A stretch of 64,000 nt of DNA from Acidobacteriota bacterium (GTDB lineage: Bacteria; Acidobacteriota; UBA6911; RPQK01; JAJDTT01): contig OZ253580.1 of the NCBI GenBank assembly GCA_965263035.1, forward strand, positions 32,001 through 96,000. The letters run 5' to 3'. Positions 18,439 through 29,300 of the stretch are shown one piece after another. Made by a program: the position numbers and the translations under genes. How positions within the stretch are numbered: the stretch's first letter is position 1; each line of letters starts with the position of its first letter. Under the pieces are notes generated by a model. It did not search any database, was not told the DNA's origin, and saw only the letters and a list, made by a program, of their open reading frames with translations.

Positions 18439-18705
18439 GAAGAACTCAACGGTTATGTCAACGCCGTCAGGCTCGTGGTCCAGGAGGAACTTGAGCCCGT
18501 CAAATCTCAGATTACAACCCTGACTCTTCGAATGGGAGATGTGGAACTGAGGTTGGGAGAGGTTGAAGCCAGAATGGGCACGTTGGAGTCTCGCATGGGA
18601 ACGGTCGAGGCCAGAATGGGGACATTGACTCAGAGAATGGGTGATGTTGAGACTAAGGTAGGGGCGTTGACTCAGAGAATGGGTGATGTTGAAGCCAAAT
18701 TGTAG
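18427..18705 (+). CDS. heptad-repeat coiled-coil protein (92 aa)
   Basis: 7-aa repeats such as RMGDVEL, RLGEVEA, RMGTLES. Confidence 0.75.
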   Translation: MMTKEELNGYVNAVRLVVQEELEPVKSQITTLTLRMGDVELRLGEVEARMGTLESRMGTVEARMGTLTQRMGDVETKVGALTQRMGDVEAKL

Positions 18706-19073
18706 GATGGGGTGATGGAGGAGAACGACTAGACGTAGTTGTAGGGGTAGGTGACTACTGCCCCTCCGGGGGGAGCGATGGAGTTAGTCAAACTACCACT
18801 CCCTCTGTCCCCTCCATCATTTAATTATACTCCCCACGAAAGTGTAGAATGGGATGATGGAGGAGGGAAACCAATCCTGCCGTCCCATGTATTAACACCA
18901 CAATCGGCAGGGCTACCGTTGAGGCACACCCCAAGGCGGTAGGCTGCTCAGCGATAGTGTGTCTTCCACTGGGTCCAGCCATCGCCCTCCTCCATCATGT
19001 GATTGTACTCCCCACGAATGTAAGGCCCAGTTCAATGACCCTGGAGGCGTGCCTAGACATCTGTGTAAGCCCC

Positions 19074-20387
19074 TATCCATTCTACGTACTCTCAATACTC
19101 CAAACCTACGAGGCCTTTATGCCTAGTGAGCTCTCTATTACTTCCTACGGTCACTGTTACTATGTCCTTATTATTGCCAACTTAGTTAAGGCAGGCATAC
19201 CTCGTAGCGACGATCAACTAAATACATGTTTTTACTTTGCAGAACGCTTAGCATTTGAAATTTATCGGATTGCAAGGAAATCCAACTCGGGGTCGTTGGA
19301 TTTTGACAAGTTTGTGGCGGACTACAGAAATCAATATATAATTTCGCGATCGGTCCTGAGTAGGTTGATGCATCCCGATTTTGGAATCATCAATACAGAA
19401 GGTCAATTCAAAACAGCGTACATGTACTACTTCTTTCTGGGCAGGTTCCTCTCGAAGAACCGCAGCACACACATATCCATAATTGAGAATATGTGTGAAA
19501 ATAGCCACGTGACTTCGAACCACCTGACGCTTCTTTTCGTTATTCATCATACTGATGATAGACAAATAATTGATGACATATTGCTTAGGACAATGTGCAC
19601 ACTGGACACTGTGCAACCCGCGGTTCTAGATCGAACGGAAACTCGGAGATTCAAGGATATCATTGCCGGGCTCCCCACAAATATACTCTCCAATGATAGT
19701 GTGGTGAAGGAAAGGAAAAGACAGAGGGATGGTCGCGACTTGACCGAGAAGCAAGACGGGTACGATGGTGATACGGATGGCATCGATCAACAAAGCCTGG
19801 TTAACGACATTTACAAAATCTTTAAAAATAACGAGATTATGGGGCAAATTCTACGAACCAAATACGGAACGTTAAAAAAAGAGACGATTGTGGAAATCAT
19901 CGAGACGATTGCGGACAGTGGGCTACGCCTTGTCAACTTTGTCCTCAAGGATGAAAAGGAAATAGCCGATACCGCCCACTACCTTCATGCGAAATATCCG
20001 AAGGATGATATAAAGAAGATAAAAAACTATCTTCAATTCTTTTCTTTTTTCTGGACGATAGTAAATGTTGAAAAAGTTGCTAGAGCCATAAATGTTCCAG
20101 AGATTATTGAAACGGTCGATTCAGTCGTTACGCGGAAGGGGTCGCCGGCGTACGATCTTATTGGATACTTCAGCCTGCTCGACAGTTCTCCGGAAATCTC
20201 AAGGAAAGTTAATAAACGACTAGGATACCTATTGAACACTCACAAGGACCTGTTTGTTAAGTGGGTGTTGTCAATTAGAACGCAATACTATATGAATACC
20301 CACGATAGTGGGGCATCGATGGAGCAATCGGTCTGTTCGTTGTTAGATATCAAGTATTCCTCAGCCCATCGTTCCTTACGACGGTAA
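19074..20387 (+). pseudogene. TIR-NTPase gene, 3' part (reconstituted protein about 825 aa)
   Basis: In frame with 9271-10442 once the element and one TSD copy are removed; same low-GC codon style. Confidence 0.88.
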
Positions 20388-20599
20388 GTGGTAGAGTCAT
20401 ACGCGCGTAAAGAAGAGAACTGTCCCCCTTCTCCCGGTAGTGCAACTCTTGGAACTGCCTAAATGGCTCCCTGCTCGCCAACAACGGCTGCCGGGCTACC
20501 TCCATCGCCTTTTTGATTCGGGCTTCAGCCGGTGCTTCCTCGCCGGCTCGAGTACGTATTTGTCGTGTTCCTCCTCCCACCACACCATTGACTCGTCAT

Positions 20600-22337
20600 C
20601 CCAGATTATTCATGGAACATGTTGATAAGAGCTTCCAACCCGGCGTTTTCGTGCGATCGGAGCCCGGTTTCTCTTGAACCTCTGTCGATTCGACTGAATC
20701 GGCTCGAAAACAGGACGATTGAACCAGTCATTAACCGTTTACCGGCCAGGGGGACCGTCACCCGCCGACAGGTTGACTTTCCGGTGAGAAATCCCCACCG
20801 TTTCGGTCCCTTCCACGGGCCCGTTTTCTCCTCCGTCCACTATCCCGGCGCCCAGGACACCCGCGCCAGTCTCTGCCACAACCGCTTCCAGTCCGTCGCC
20901 CCTTGACTGATGACGAAAATCAATCGCCTCCCCTGACGCAGCGCCCGACTCGCCACTCGCAACACCCGCTCGCGAAAACGACGCAGACTCCAGCCCCGAC
21001 GCGTCGCCTGCTCCATCAGCACCCGACCCAGGTGCAGGATCTCGTACCCCAGCAGATTCAGCAGGAACCGGACTTCGTTGTGGGGTCGAACGCCGGCCTC
21101 CGTCCTCGCTTCCGGCTTGGCTTCCGACTTCAGCGGTTGGCCCCGATAGTGCGTCTTGGGCCGGCTCGCGGAGGACAAGGCCGGATCGAGCACGTCCATG
21201 AACTCCCCCATGTGGCCTTCCGCCTTCCCCCGCTTTCGATACTGTGCCAGCAACTCCTGAGCCTCGTATCGTTTCCGGCTCAGGCTCGTCAGCAACCAGA
21301 AATGATCCGGATACAACTCCCCCGGTCGCTCCCGCACCACCAGCACCACCCGGAGCGTCAACTTCAGCGCCTTTTTCCCCAGGTAGCTGGCTCCCGGAAA
21401 AATCTCCCCGTCGATCAGGTCCCCCGTCTCGGCACAACTCGCCACCAACCCGTGGTACATCCGCTGGCGATAGTATCCGTTCCATTCGCTTCCCGGGGGA
21501 TGCCCATGGACCTCGACCGGGAGACCGTCCACGTCCAGGTACATCGTCTTTTTCCGTCTCTTCTTCCGTGGGGTCTTTTTCCCCCGTTTTCGCCGCTGGC
21601 CTTCGATCATCTCGATCCGACGGCACGCCAGCTCCGTCACCGCCTGGTGCAGGACCGGAAGGTTCTCCTCCCGGCTGAGCGTGTCCAGCAGTCGGGACAA
21701 GGTCGGCTGCGACGCCAGCCCCTGGCCCTCCTCCAAGGCCGCCGTGCCCCGACGAGTCCGGCTCGCCACCCGCAAGCTCGGATCCTGACGCAGGCGGTCG
21801 GCGTCGGACTGGTCGCGCCAGCCCTGACCCAGCAGCAGGAGTCGAGTCCGCAGCAGATCCGACAGCGGATAGCGGATCGAACTCGGGTGTCGCGGATCGT
21901 GCAACCGCCCGGTCAACCAGTCGATGAGGCCGCTGCGATCCATCAGCTCCCGCTGCACCAGGGCTCCCGTGTCCGCACTGAGCAACTCGGGGCGGGTCTC
22001 GAGGCGGAGGGATCGGTTGAATGAGGGCCGGATCTGCGGTATCGTCTCAGGCATGGCGTGCTCCGTTCTTTGTGGTTGTTTCTTAGCACTATAATCATAC
22101 CACAAATGACGGGCACGCCGTCTCTTTATGCCGCCCTTGGAGGGGACGAAAACCGTGGAAATGCTTGGGTTTCGGCCCCCCTTGAATCCTGGGGTTAAAC
22201 CGACGTTGAAAACAAATATAGCGTTTCACCCAGGTCGGATCCCATCCGTTTTCTGTGGGTATCCGGTAACCCTCTGATCCGACTCGACATGACGGGCACG
22301 CTTGCTCATTTTATGTTTGCGTGATGAATAATCTGGG
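20600..22337 (-). mobile_element. IS1380-family element; transposase (20840-22054) appears internally deleted
   Basis: TIR CCCAGATTATTCAT / ATGAATAATCTGGG; LASQPTLSR, YLDVD and YRKRGKAE motifs present, central catalytic segment missing. Confidence 0.8.
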
Positions 22338-22342
22338 ATTAA

Positions 22343-23686
22343 GGGGATTATCTACCAAACTATACAAATCCCCTATCACTTCGGCTTCTTATGGACACGA
22401 ATAGACGGGTCCGGTCGCTTGGCGTTGGCGAACATCCTACGGGCAACTTCCTCCGGTGTGGCATCCAATTTGATGATGCGGGTGACAGGGCGTCCACCTT
22501 TGTTCTTAGGTTTGGGTTTCTTCGCCATTCTCACGTTTCCCGAATGGACATATATCTCCGCTTTTTATTCTCTTTTCGCAAACCGATCAGTGTGTAGACG
22601 TTGGACTTGAGCCGGTTACACGGACCGCATCAATGGGCTGTGGACGGTTACTAGGCTCACGCAATCAAATCCCGGTAGTGTAGGAGCTTCCTGTCCATTC
22701 TCCGGACTATGAAGCCCATCTGTGTGTCCATTTCCCGGATGTTCTGTCTTCCAGCGAACTCCCGAACGTATTTGTGAGTGGGCTTGGACGAGAAGTGATG
22801 GAACGTCCCAACGTATCCCGGCTTGAGCATGCTCCACAGGGACTCGATGCCATTGGTATGAACTTGGCCCTTCACTTACTCTTGGGCGCTATGATTGACC
22901 GAATCGTGGGAGTATTCCTTCAGGCCGATGTAGGCGGGCGAGTCATCCGTGTAGACTTCCGACTCCGGGACCACAGTCTCACGTACGAACTTTACGAACT
23001 TCAGGAGGGTCTTTCCCTTGGGGTTCGGGACCACCTTGGGCGCCACCCGCTTGGTCTGCCGGTCTTTTATCCCGACGACAGCCGTCTTTCCCACGGCCCC
23101 ACGTCCTTCCATCTGGGCTCTCTTGGCCTTTGGCATGTTCTTCCGCTTCCCGCCCATGTAGTTTTCGTCCACTTCGACTGGACCCGGCATAACTGTTGGA
23201 TCACCGAAGAACTCCTCACGGATTCTCTGCATGAGATACCAGGCCGTCTTCTGCGTGATTCCCAGCCCCCTGTGGAGCTTCATCGAAGAGGTGCCCTTCA
23301 GTCCCGTAGTCATCATGTAGATGGCGAGGGCTCACTTCTGGAGGCCGATCTTGCTGGACTGCATGACCATGCCCTTGCGGACGCTGAAGTAACGTCGACA
23401 ATCCCGGCAGTGGTAAGGCATGGGTTTCCGGGACTTCACGGCCTTCGTATTGACTGAGCCGCAATCTGGGCAACATCTCTCGTTGCCCCAACGCTGCTCT
23501 TCAAACCACTTCTCGGCGGCCGTATCGTCGGGAAACATCCGAAGCAACTGGATGATGGTCAACCCTTCTCTATGGGCCTTTCCGGGGGCTTTCTTCGCTG
23601 TTCTCTTTGTTCCTTTCATGTGTAGTATTCGACCAGAATCCACTGACACTTTTCAACGGATTAGTGTAGTATGGTATATAATCTCC
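22343..23686 (-). mobile_element. second IS1595-family element, transposase pseudogene (22657-23619, fragmented)
   Basis: 29-bp imperfect TIRs (GGGGATTATCTACCAAACTA.. / rc GGAGATTATATACCATACTA..), ATTAA on both flanks; VEVDE, YTDD and HTNGIES motifs spread over three ORF pieces. Confidence 0.85.
22376..22528 (-). CDS. small basic passenger protein (50 aa, MAKKPKPKNKGGRP...DATPEEVAR)
   Basis: Hand-translated; lies inside the IS1595 TIRs, downstream of the transposase. Confidence 0.55.
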   Translation of the reverse strand: MAKKPKPKNKGGRPVTRIIKLDATPEEVARRMFANAKRPDPSIRVHKKPK

Positions 23687-23776
23687 CAAATTAAGGTAGG
23701 GAAAGTAGACTCCGAATGTTGAAATTGCACCCTCAAATCCATGACACATGGCTCCGCTGAGCGACGCCCGTTTGCA

Positions 23777-24917
23777 TGTCACCAGCACGTGAACTTGTCC
23801 GGTTTTATGACACGTGATCTGTCCGGTCGGTGAAAATGTGAACCCCCTCCTCGCGTCGCCTGGGGGCCGTCTGTGAGACTTCCGGTCAGACTTGGCCGGA
23901 AGCTTGACCCGACGCTTCCCAGGGCGCATCCGGCTCTCTGGAGTCCCGACTTCACGCCGCCTCCCTCCCTTGGTGCGCTTCCCCTGGGGTCCGCCCACCC
24001 AGCGCCGAGTGAGGCCGCTCCCCGTTGTAGAACTCCATCCACTCCCCGATCACCCGCTCGGCCTCGAATCCGTCCGCCAGTTCACGCAGGTAAACCGCTT
24101 CGTACTTCAGCTACCGCCAAACCCTTTGATGAACACGTTGTCCAGACAACGACCGCGACCGTCCATCGAGCACTGTGCCCCGGACGCCTGCACCCACTCG
24201 GTGAACGCCCGGCTCGTGAACTGCGCTCCCTGATCCGTGTTGAAGATCGTCGGTAGCCCTTGTGAGAGCGCCCTTTCCAGAGCCTCGACACAGAACTCGC
24301 TGTCCATCGTGTTGGACAACCGCCACGACAGCACGTACCGACTGCCCCAGTCCTTCACCGCCACCAAGTACAAATACCCCTTTTAGACAGGGATATACGT
24401 GATGTCAGGGCACCAGACCTGATGGGGCTCGTCGATCTTCAGGCCCCGGAGTAGGTAGGGGTAGACGCGGTGTTCCGATCGGGCAACGCTGGTTCTCGGC
24501 TTCGGGTAGATGGCCTCCAAACCCAGGAGCCGCATCAACCGACGAATCCGGTGCCGACCGACGAGGACCCCTTCGCGGCGCAGGTGGCGCCTCAGCTGCC
24601 GGCTGCCGTAGAACGGATACTGAAGAGACAACTCGTCCATGCGGCGCATCAGTGCGAAGTTCTCCGGGCCCTCCCCCTTCGGCGTGTAATACAGCGACGA
24701 TCGACTGATCCCCAAAGTAGAGAAGGTGACTGTCCCCTTCTCCTCCAGGAGGCTTTCATGACACGGTTCCCCCGGCGGCGAGAGATTCCGCAGGTCTTCG
24801 GTCGGCGCCCGGAAGGATCGCCTTGAAGAACTCGGCGTGGCGGCACATCCGATAGCTGTTGCCCCGGATGTTGACAATGTGGCAGCGGTGGAGCAACCGG
24901 GCCAAGAGCGCGGCGGC
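23777..24917 (-). pseudogene. nested IS debris: IS21-like end, frameshifted IS3 OrfB, IstB C-terminal fragment
   Basis: TGTC end with repeated ACGTGA..TGTCCGG motifs; YPFYGSR, FNTDQGAQFTS; rc RLLHRCHIVNIRGNSYR. Confidence 0.75.
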
Positions 24918-24971
24918 CATCACCTCCTTCGGGATCTTTCATCCCTTAGATACAGCCCATTTCGGGCACCC
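24918..24971 (-). pseudogene. 5' fragment of the group IIC intron
   Basis: Reverse complement matches the first ~54 nt of 5528; preceded by the same GGCGGCTGGAAA-type hairpin. Confidence 0.75.
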
Positions 24972-25019
24972 GAGGGGCGCCTTTCCAGCCGCCCGCCCGC
25001 ATCGGACTGGTTCAACTTA

Positions 25020-25290
25020 CGTCTCACGGCCGAAACGAGGGGTCCTTCCGGTCCATGAGCCGCACCAGACCTCGACCTCCAGTTGGCTAAGTTGGAGGCA
25101 TGCTGGCCGAATGCCTCCATTTGCTCCGCCGACCGCCTGACGACCAACTCGGAGGGGGCACCAAGTTCTGCCGATAGGCCATGGCGTCGACCTGGACTTG
25201 ACAGGCCCTCTCCAATCGGTAGATGTAGAGAAACGCCGCCGCGACGGTTCGCTCCACGGTCAACAGACCATGATTGCGCAGGATCATGGT
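25020..25290 (-). pseudogene. class II aldolase 3' fragment
   Basis: MILRNHGLLTV...YRLERACQVQ, paralogous to 40693-41475, frameshifted. Confidence 0.8.
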
Positions 25291-25303
25291 ATTTGCATCC
25301 TTT

Positions 25304-26377
25304 TCAAAAACTGCTGCGTCCTAGTAAATCGAGGGCAGTTTGCGGCCGTAATGGCTCGATATGGGCGAGTGCATTGCGCGCCTTGCGCAGCTGCCGGACG
25401 CCTCTGCGCAGGGCCCAAGTTCCTCCTCGCCGTACCACCGAATGTAGTTCCCCAATTTCCAAGTCATCAGGGTTCCTGGAGGCCATGCCATTTCGACGTA
25501 AGTGACGCCTAATCTCAGAAGCATTACGTCGCACGATCACACCGCGCCATGATTCAATTCGTGGAAGTAACACCGATGCTTGCGCACTCCATACCCGGCG
25601 GTTGATCTCACGCGGCGGTTCGTCGAGCGCGGCAAGGGCTGCGTGCACTTTACCCGATCCAGACGCGGTACCGAATCTCCACTCGGAAGGTGTTGCGATC
25701 GTCCAACCTCTATCGTGTGCAAACAAACGAAGTATCTCACACGGAGCCAGGATCGCGTTGATGTCCTCATCGACCAAGAGCTCGGCGGTTTCGAACTCCC
25801 AAGCCGCCACACGGGCGATTGTCATCGCCAACAAAACTGCTTCCGACTCAGCTATCCCCCGTCGCAAGAGACATTCATGCGCCCAGAACAGAATATCCAT
25901 TTCGCCAACTACGTTGTTCCAGTCGTGAACAGACATGCACACATCTGTATCCGGTGGATTCCCCAGCGGTGCACCCTCCAACGGCGCTACAAACAGAGTC
26001 CGTCCCAACGCCGATACGCTACGACAAGCGTGAGCGTACTTCGCGAGAAAGTCACGCCAGCAAAGCCAATTACTCGACGTCAAGTCGTCCAACCAGATTA
26101 GCCTTCCGCGGAATGCATCGTTTTCACAAATTACTGGCAAATCGTCGTCATGCATAGAAGAACCAGGCGCATACTGATTACATAATGACTCAAACGGAGA
26201 ATCGCCGGCGCTGAACCTGTTCATGACCAGAACATGATCCAATTTCGCCATCACGGAGTCGCAGAACCCATTCGGCATGGCGCCTGGGAACCTCGCAACT
26301 ACGTTGACTCCGTTGCGAAGAGATCGCTCCACCGCTTCCACGAATCGTACCGGACCTGGCAAGTCCCATAGTCTCAT
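25304..26377 (-). CDS. hypothetical protein with a C-terminal HEPN-like RxxxxH motif
   Basis: LRKARNALAH near the C-terminus; start overlaps the stop of the upstream ATPase (ATGA). Confidence 0.6.
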   Translation of the reverse strand: MRLWDLPGPVRFVEAVERSLRNGVNVVARFPGAMPNGFCDSVMAKLDHVLVMNRFSAGDSPFESLCNQYAPGSSMHDDDLPVICENDAFRGRLIWLDDLTSSNWLCWRDFLAKYAHACRSVSALGRTLFVAPLEGAPLGNPPDTDVCMSVHDWNNVVGEMDILFWAHECLLRRGIAESEAVLLAMTIARVAAWEFETAELLVDEDINAILAPCEILRLFAHDRGWTIATPSEWRFGTASGSGKVHAALAALDEPPREINRRVWSAQASVLLPRIESWRGVIVRRNASEIRRHLRRNGMASRNPDDLEIGELHSVVRRGGTWALRRGVRQLRKARNALAHIEPLRPQTALDLLGRSSF

Positions 26378-29300
26378 TTTGAGTTACGTTCTTTTAGAAG
26401 TCGCTTCAAAAGCGAATTGTAAGACCAATGGCCGTCGTCACGCCGCTCCAACAGATGTAGATGTTTCATCCAAGTAAAACGCCGCTTCAACGTGGTTTTT
26501 TCAAAAACGTTTTCGGAGGGACCGGCATCTTCGGCCAACTCCTGTGCAAGGGTGTTTGCTTGACTGATCGATTGGACGTTGTAGTCGACAAGTGTTTGTA
26601 CTTCGCGTTCAACCTGCTTCGAGTCAATTCCCAAGCGTTTCAGCCACTCTTCCCGATTATCGTTGACCATATTTTTGAGTGCATCCATGCGCGCCGGTCG
26701 CGAAAGTATTGACAGTTTATACTTCTCCACGACGGCTGACCAGCCACCAGAAACCTTCAACAACTCCTCCATCTCCTTGTTGTCTTGCAAATTATGGTCC
26801 GCACTCCACTGGCGTACAAAGGTTCGGTGCCACGGGCCCAATTCGGCCCACTCAACATTGTCAATACCCCGACAACCCTCGTCAATGTCGATAAGTGTTC
26901 TCCAGAGCGTATGCGGTTTTGCGACGAATACAACACGAATATAACGTCTATTCGTCATACGACGCCAAGCGTCCAGAGTTAGCTTTAACCACCGACAAGA
27001 CCACGGCGTGTCCAACGGAACCAGATAAATGTGTGTACCGCGTTTGGGATCCGGCCGGAGCTTCGTTATCTCCCGTTTGAATTGTTGCGCGTCTGCGTGG
27101 GGTGGCAACTTCCTGTACATCTCCGGATCAAACCGTCCCTTCAAGAAGATACTAATATGTTCGACCTTCGTTGCATCCACGCCCGACACAACCGTAACGC
27201 CGCCGCGCCGCTTCAGACGTCCCTCCTGTTCCGATGTCAGCGGACCACGTCTTCGTGACGAGTGATCACCATAGTAACGCCCATGAAACAATGCCGGCTC
27301 ATAGATCGCCGGCAGTTCACGATCTTCTCTGAGAAGCGTATCCGCAATAACGTTCTTGCTGCCCAGAAGCGCCCGAACATTCGGATTTCTAAGTGTGTAT
27401 CGTTTTTCGTCCCATTGACTCTTCTGGACTGCCCTCAATACACCCAAACCAACCATCTCATCAAGGAGTGCGCCGAACTCAGCGGCTGTTGAACTAAAGC
27501 CGGCGTCCCACCAACCTCGCGCCTCCTGCATGATCTCTGAACGATTCAACGCCTTCGCCAAGTTAGCACCATGACCTTCCAATTCCCGAGCAGTCTCGTG
27601 TGCAATCGCGTAGGCAATGACTTCATACCGCGGATCGAGTTTCAACGTTGCTAGAAATCGATCAAGAATATTCTGCCGTAGGTCATCCTTCCTGAATACG
27701 GTATAGACGTCATCCACCGTAATCTTGTACGGAAAACCTTTGTTCGAATCCCGCAAATACTCCACGAGCTTTGCTCCATAGAGTTGGATCAACGACGGGA
27801 AATAGTTTGTGCGAGCCAATATGTGGGTAACAATGTTTTCACGCTCGAAGCGGCAACCAATTACTGCCAACGGATCGCTGATCAGTTGTCTCGCCTCCTG
27901 CCATTCCCCGTTTGAAAGCAGCGGTCCGACACAAACAGGATTGCCGAGATGAATCAAAGGATGATTTGCCCTTTCTGTAGTACGCAGCACGTTGTGTAAT
28001 CCAGAGAACACCACCTTGAATTTTCGTTCAGTATCATCCATAAGACCCTTGAGGCGCGTGGACTCGGGAAAATCGTTCCTCGCATCAAGCTTGAGGAAGT
28101 TGTCTGCTTCGTCCAGAAGCAGCAGTAACTGCCTTTCATTGTCTTCGTTTATCCAATTCTTGACGGCTTGCATAAACTTCTCGATCACACTTGAATTGCT
28201 CCTAGGTGCTGTAGTGCCTTCGGGAAAAAGATCGTCACTAAGCTCGCGCCAAAGTAGGCGCCAGATATCCTCCGGTTGCTTATCCTCGCCGATCCCGCGC
28301 GATTTCAGATCGATCCATTTGGCGACTTTCCGTGCGCTGGGGTTGTGAAACTCCGCCTCGGCAGAACGGAGCAGCGCCGTCTTTCCAAGCTGACGGCCCC
28401 CGTATACAAAACAGCTGCCATAACGATCCTTTACCTTCTCGAGTTCCCTGCTGCGTCCAAAAAACATTTCAGGCGGCACCAAACTTGAGGTGGTCACGAA
28501 TGGTTCTGCCGCTGTAAACGGTGCGGCGCAACGGAATAACGTTGGTAAGCGTCCTGAGGGAATTACCGATAAGTACAGCACAAGCGTTTCATCTACTATC
28601 AACATGTGCCTCTGGGATTCCCTCGTTGCCCACTTGCGCAACAGCTCCCGATCCTCACCGAGACGGCCAAAGTGCAATACAATCGTTGGATGACTTCTTG
28701 CATCGCCGACCGACTGAATGATGGAGTCTCGGGCCGGCGTTCTCCAATTCAGCACAAACCTATATTTCCCATTTGCCGAGGAGCCATATATGTGCAACGG
28801 GCAAAGCGTTCGTTGTCGAAGGGGTTTTGTGGTCACCAATAATGATCCATCAGGCTTCTCTTCGACATCTTTCACGTCAAAACCCAGCATCTTCAAAAGC
28901 TTGACGATGGATTCATTGTGGACTCGGCCGCAGAGTGCTATCTCATACCACGTTGCCAAAATTTCTTCCGCTTGCTGTGCCTCATCCTCGGACATGGAGC
29001 TAAAGCTGATGCCTGCGATGTCGGTACGGCTTTCGGCTGCGCGAACAATATCGTCAGGTCCTGGACGTTCCGGACCGGCGAATAATTTCTCGATCCTGCC
29101 GGTTGCGGTCATGAATGAGTTGAAGTGATCAGGTTCGTGTCCGATGGCTGCGATGGGTTCACCGTCCCGCAATCGCCCCACCTGCTCAGCTACAGTCCTC
29201 CAGTCGCGGGACTCAATGGCTTCGCGAACCCGTTCCAGTTCTGCTTGGGAGAGATTCCGGTCCATCTCCTCCAAATCGTCCTCGTACTTCCTTTTAATCT

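Larger units (their letters stand above)
10443..19073 (-). mobile_element. IS1595-family cargo transposon (8631 bp) carrying a tRNA-like/ncRNA cassette array and small ORFs
   Basis: 28-bp TIRs GGGGACTACACAGATGTCTAGGCACGCC (10443-10470) and rc GGGGCTTACACAGATGTCTAGGCACGCC (19046-19073), 26/28 match; 8-bp TSD TATCCATT (10435-10442, 19074-19081); internal IS1595 transposase. Confidence 0.93.

Noticed and set aside
18957-19073. N-terminus of the 476-aa ORF as a real start
   Set aside because: It lies within the transposon end; the gene body begins at the TSD and continues the 9271 ORF.
10443-19073. Prophage, integron or tRNA-integrated island interpretation
   Set aside because: No integrase, phage structural genes or attC pattern; the boundaries are explained by TIRs, an 8-bp TSD and a DDE transposase.
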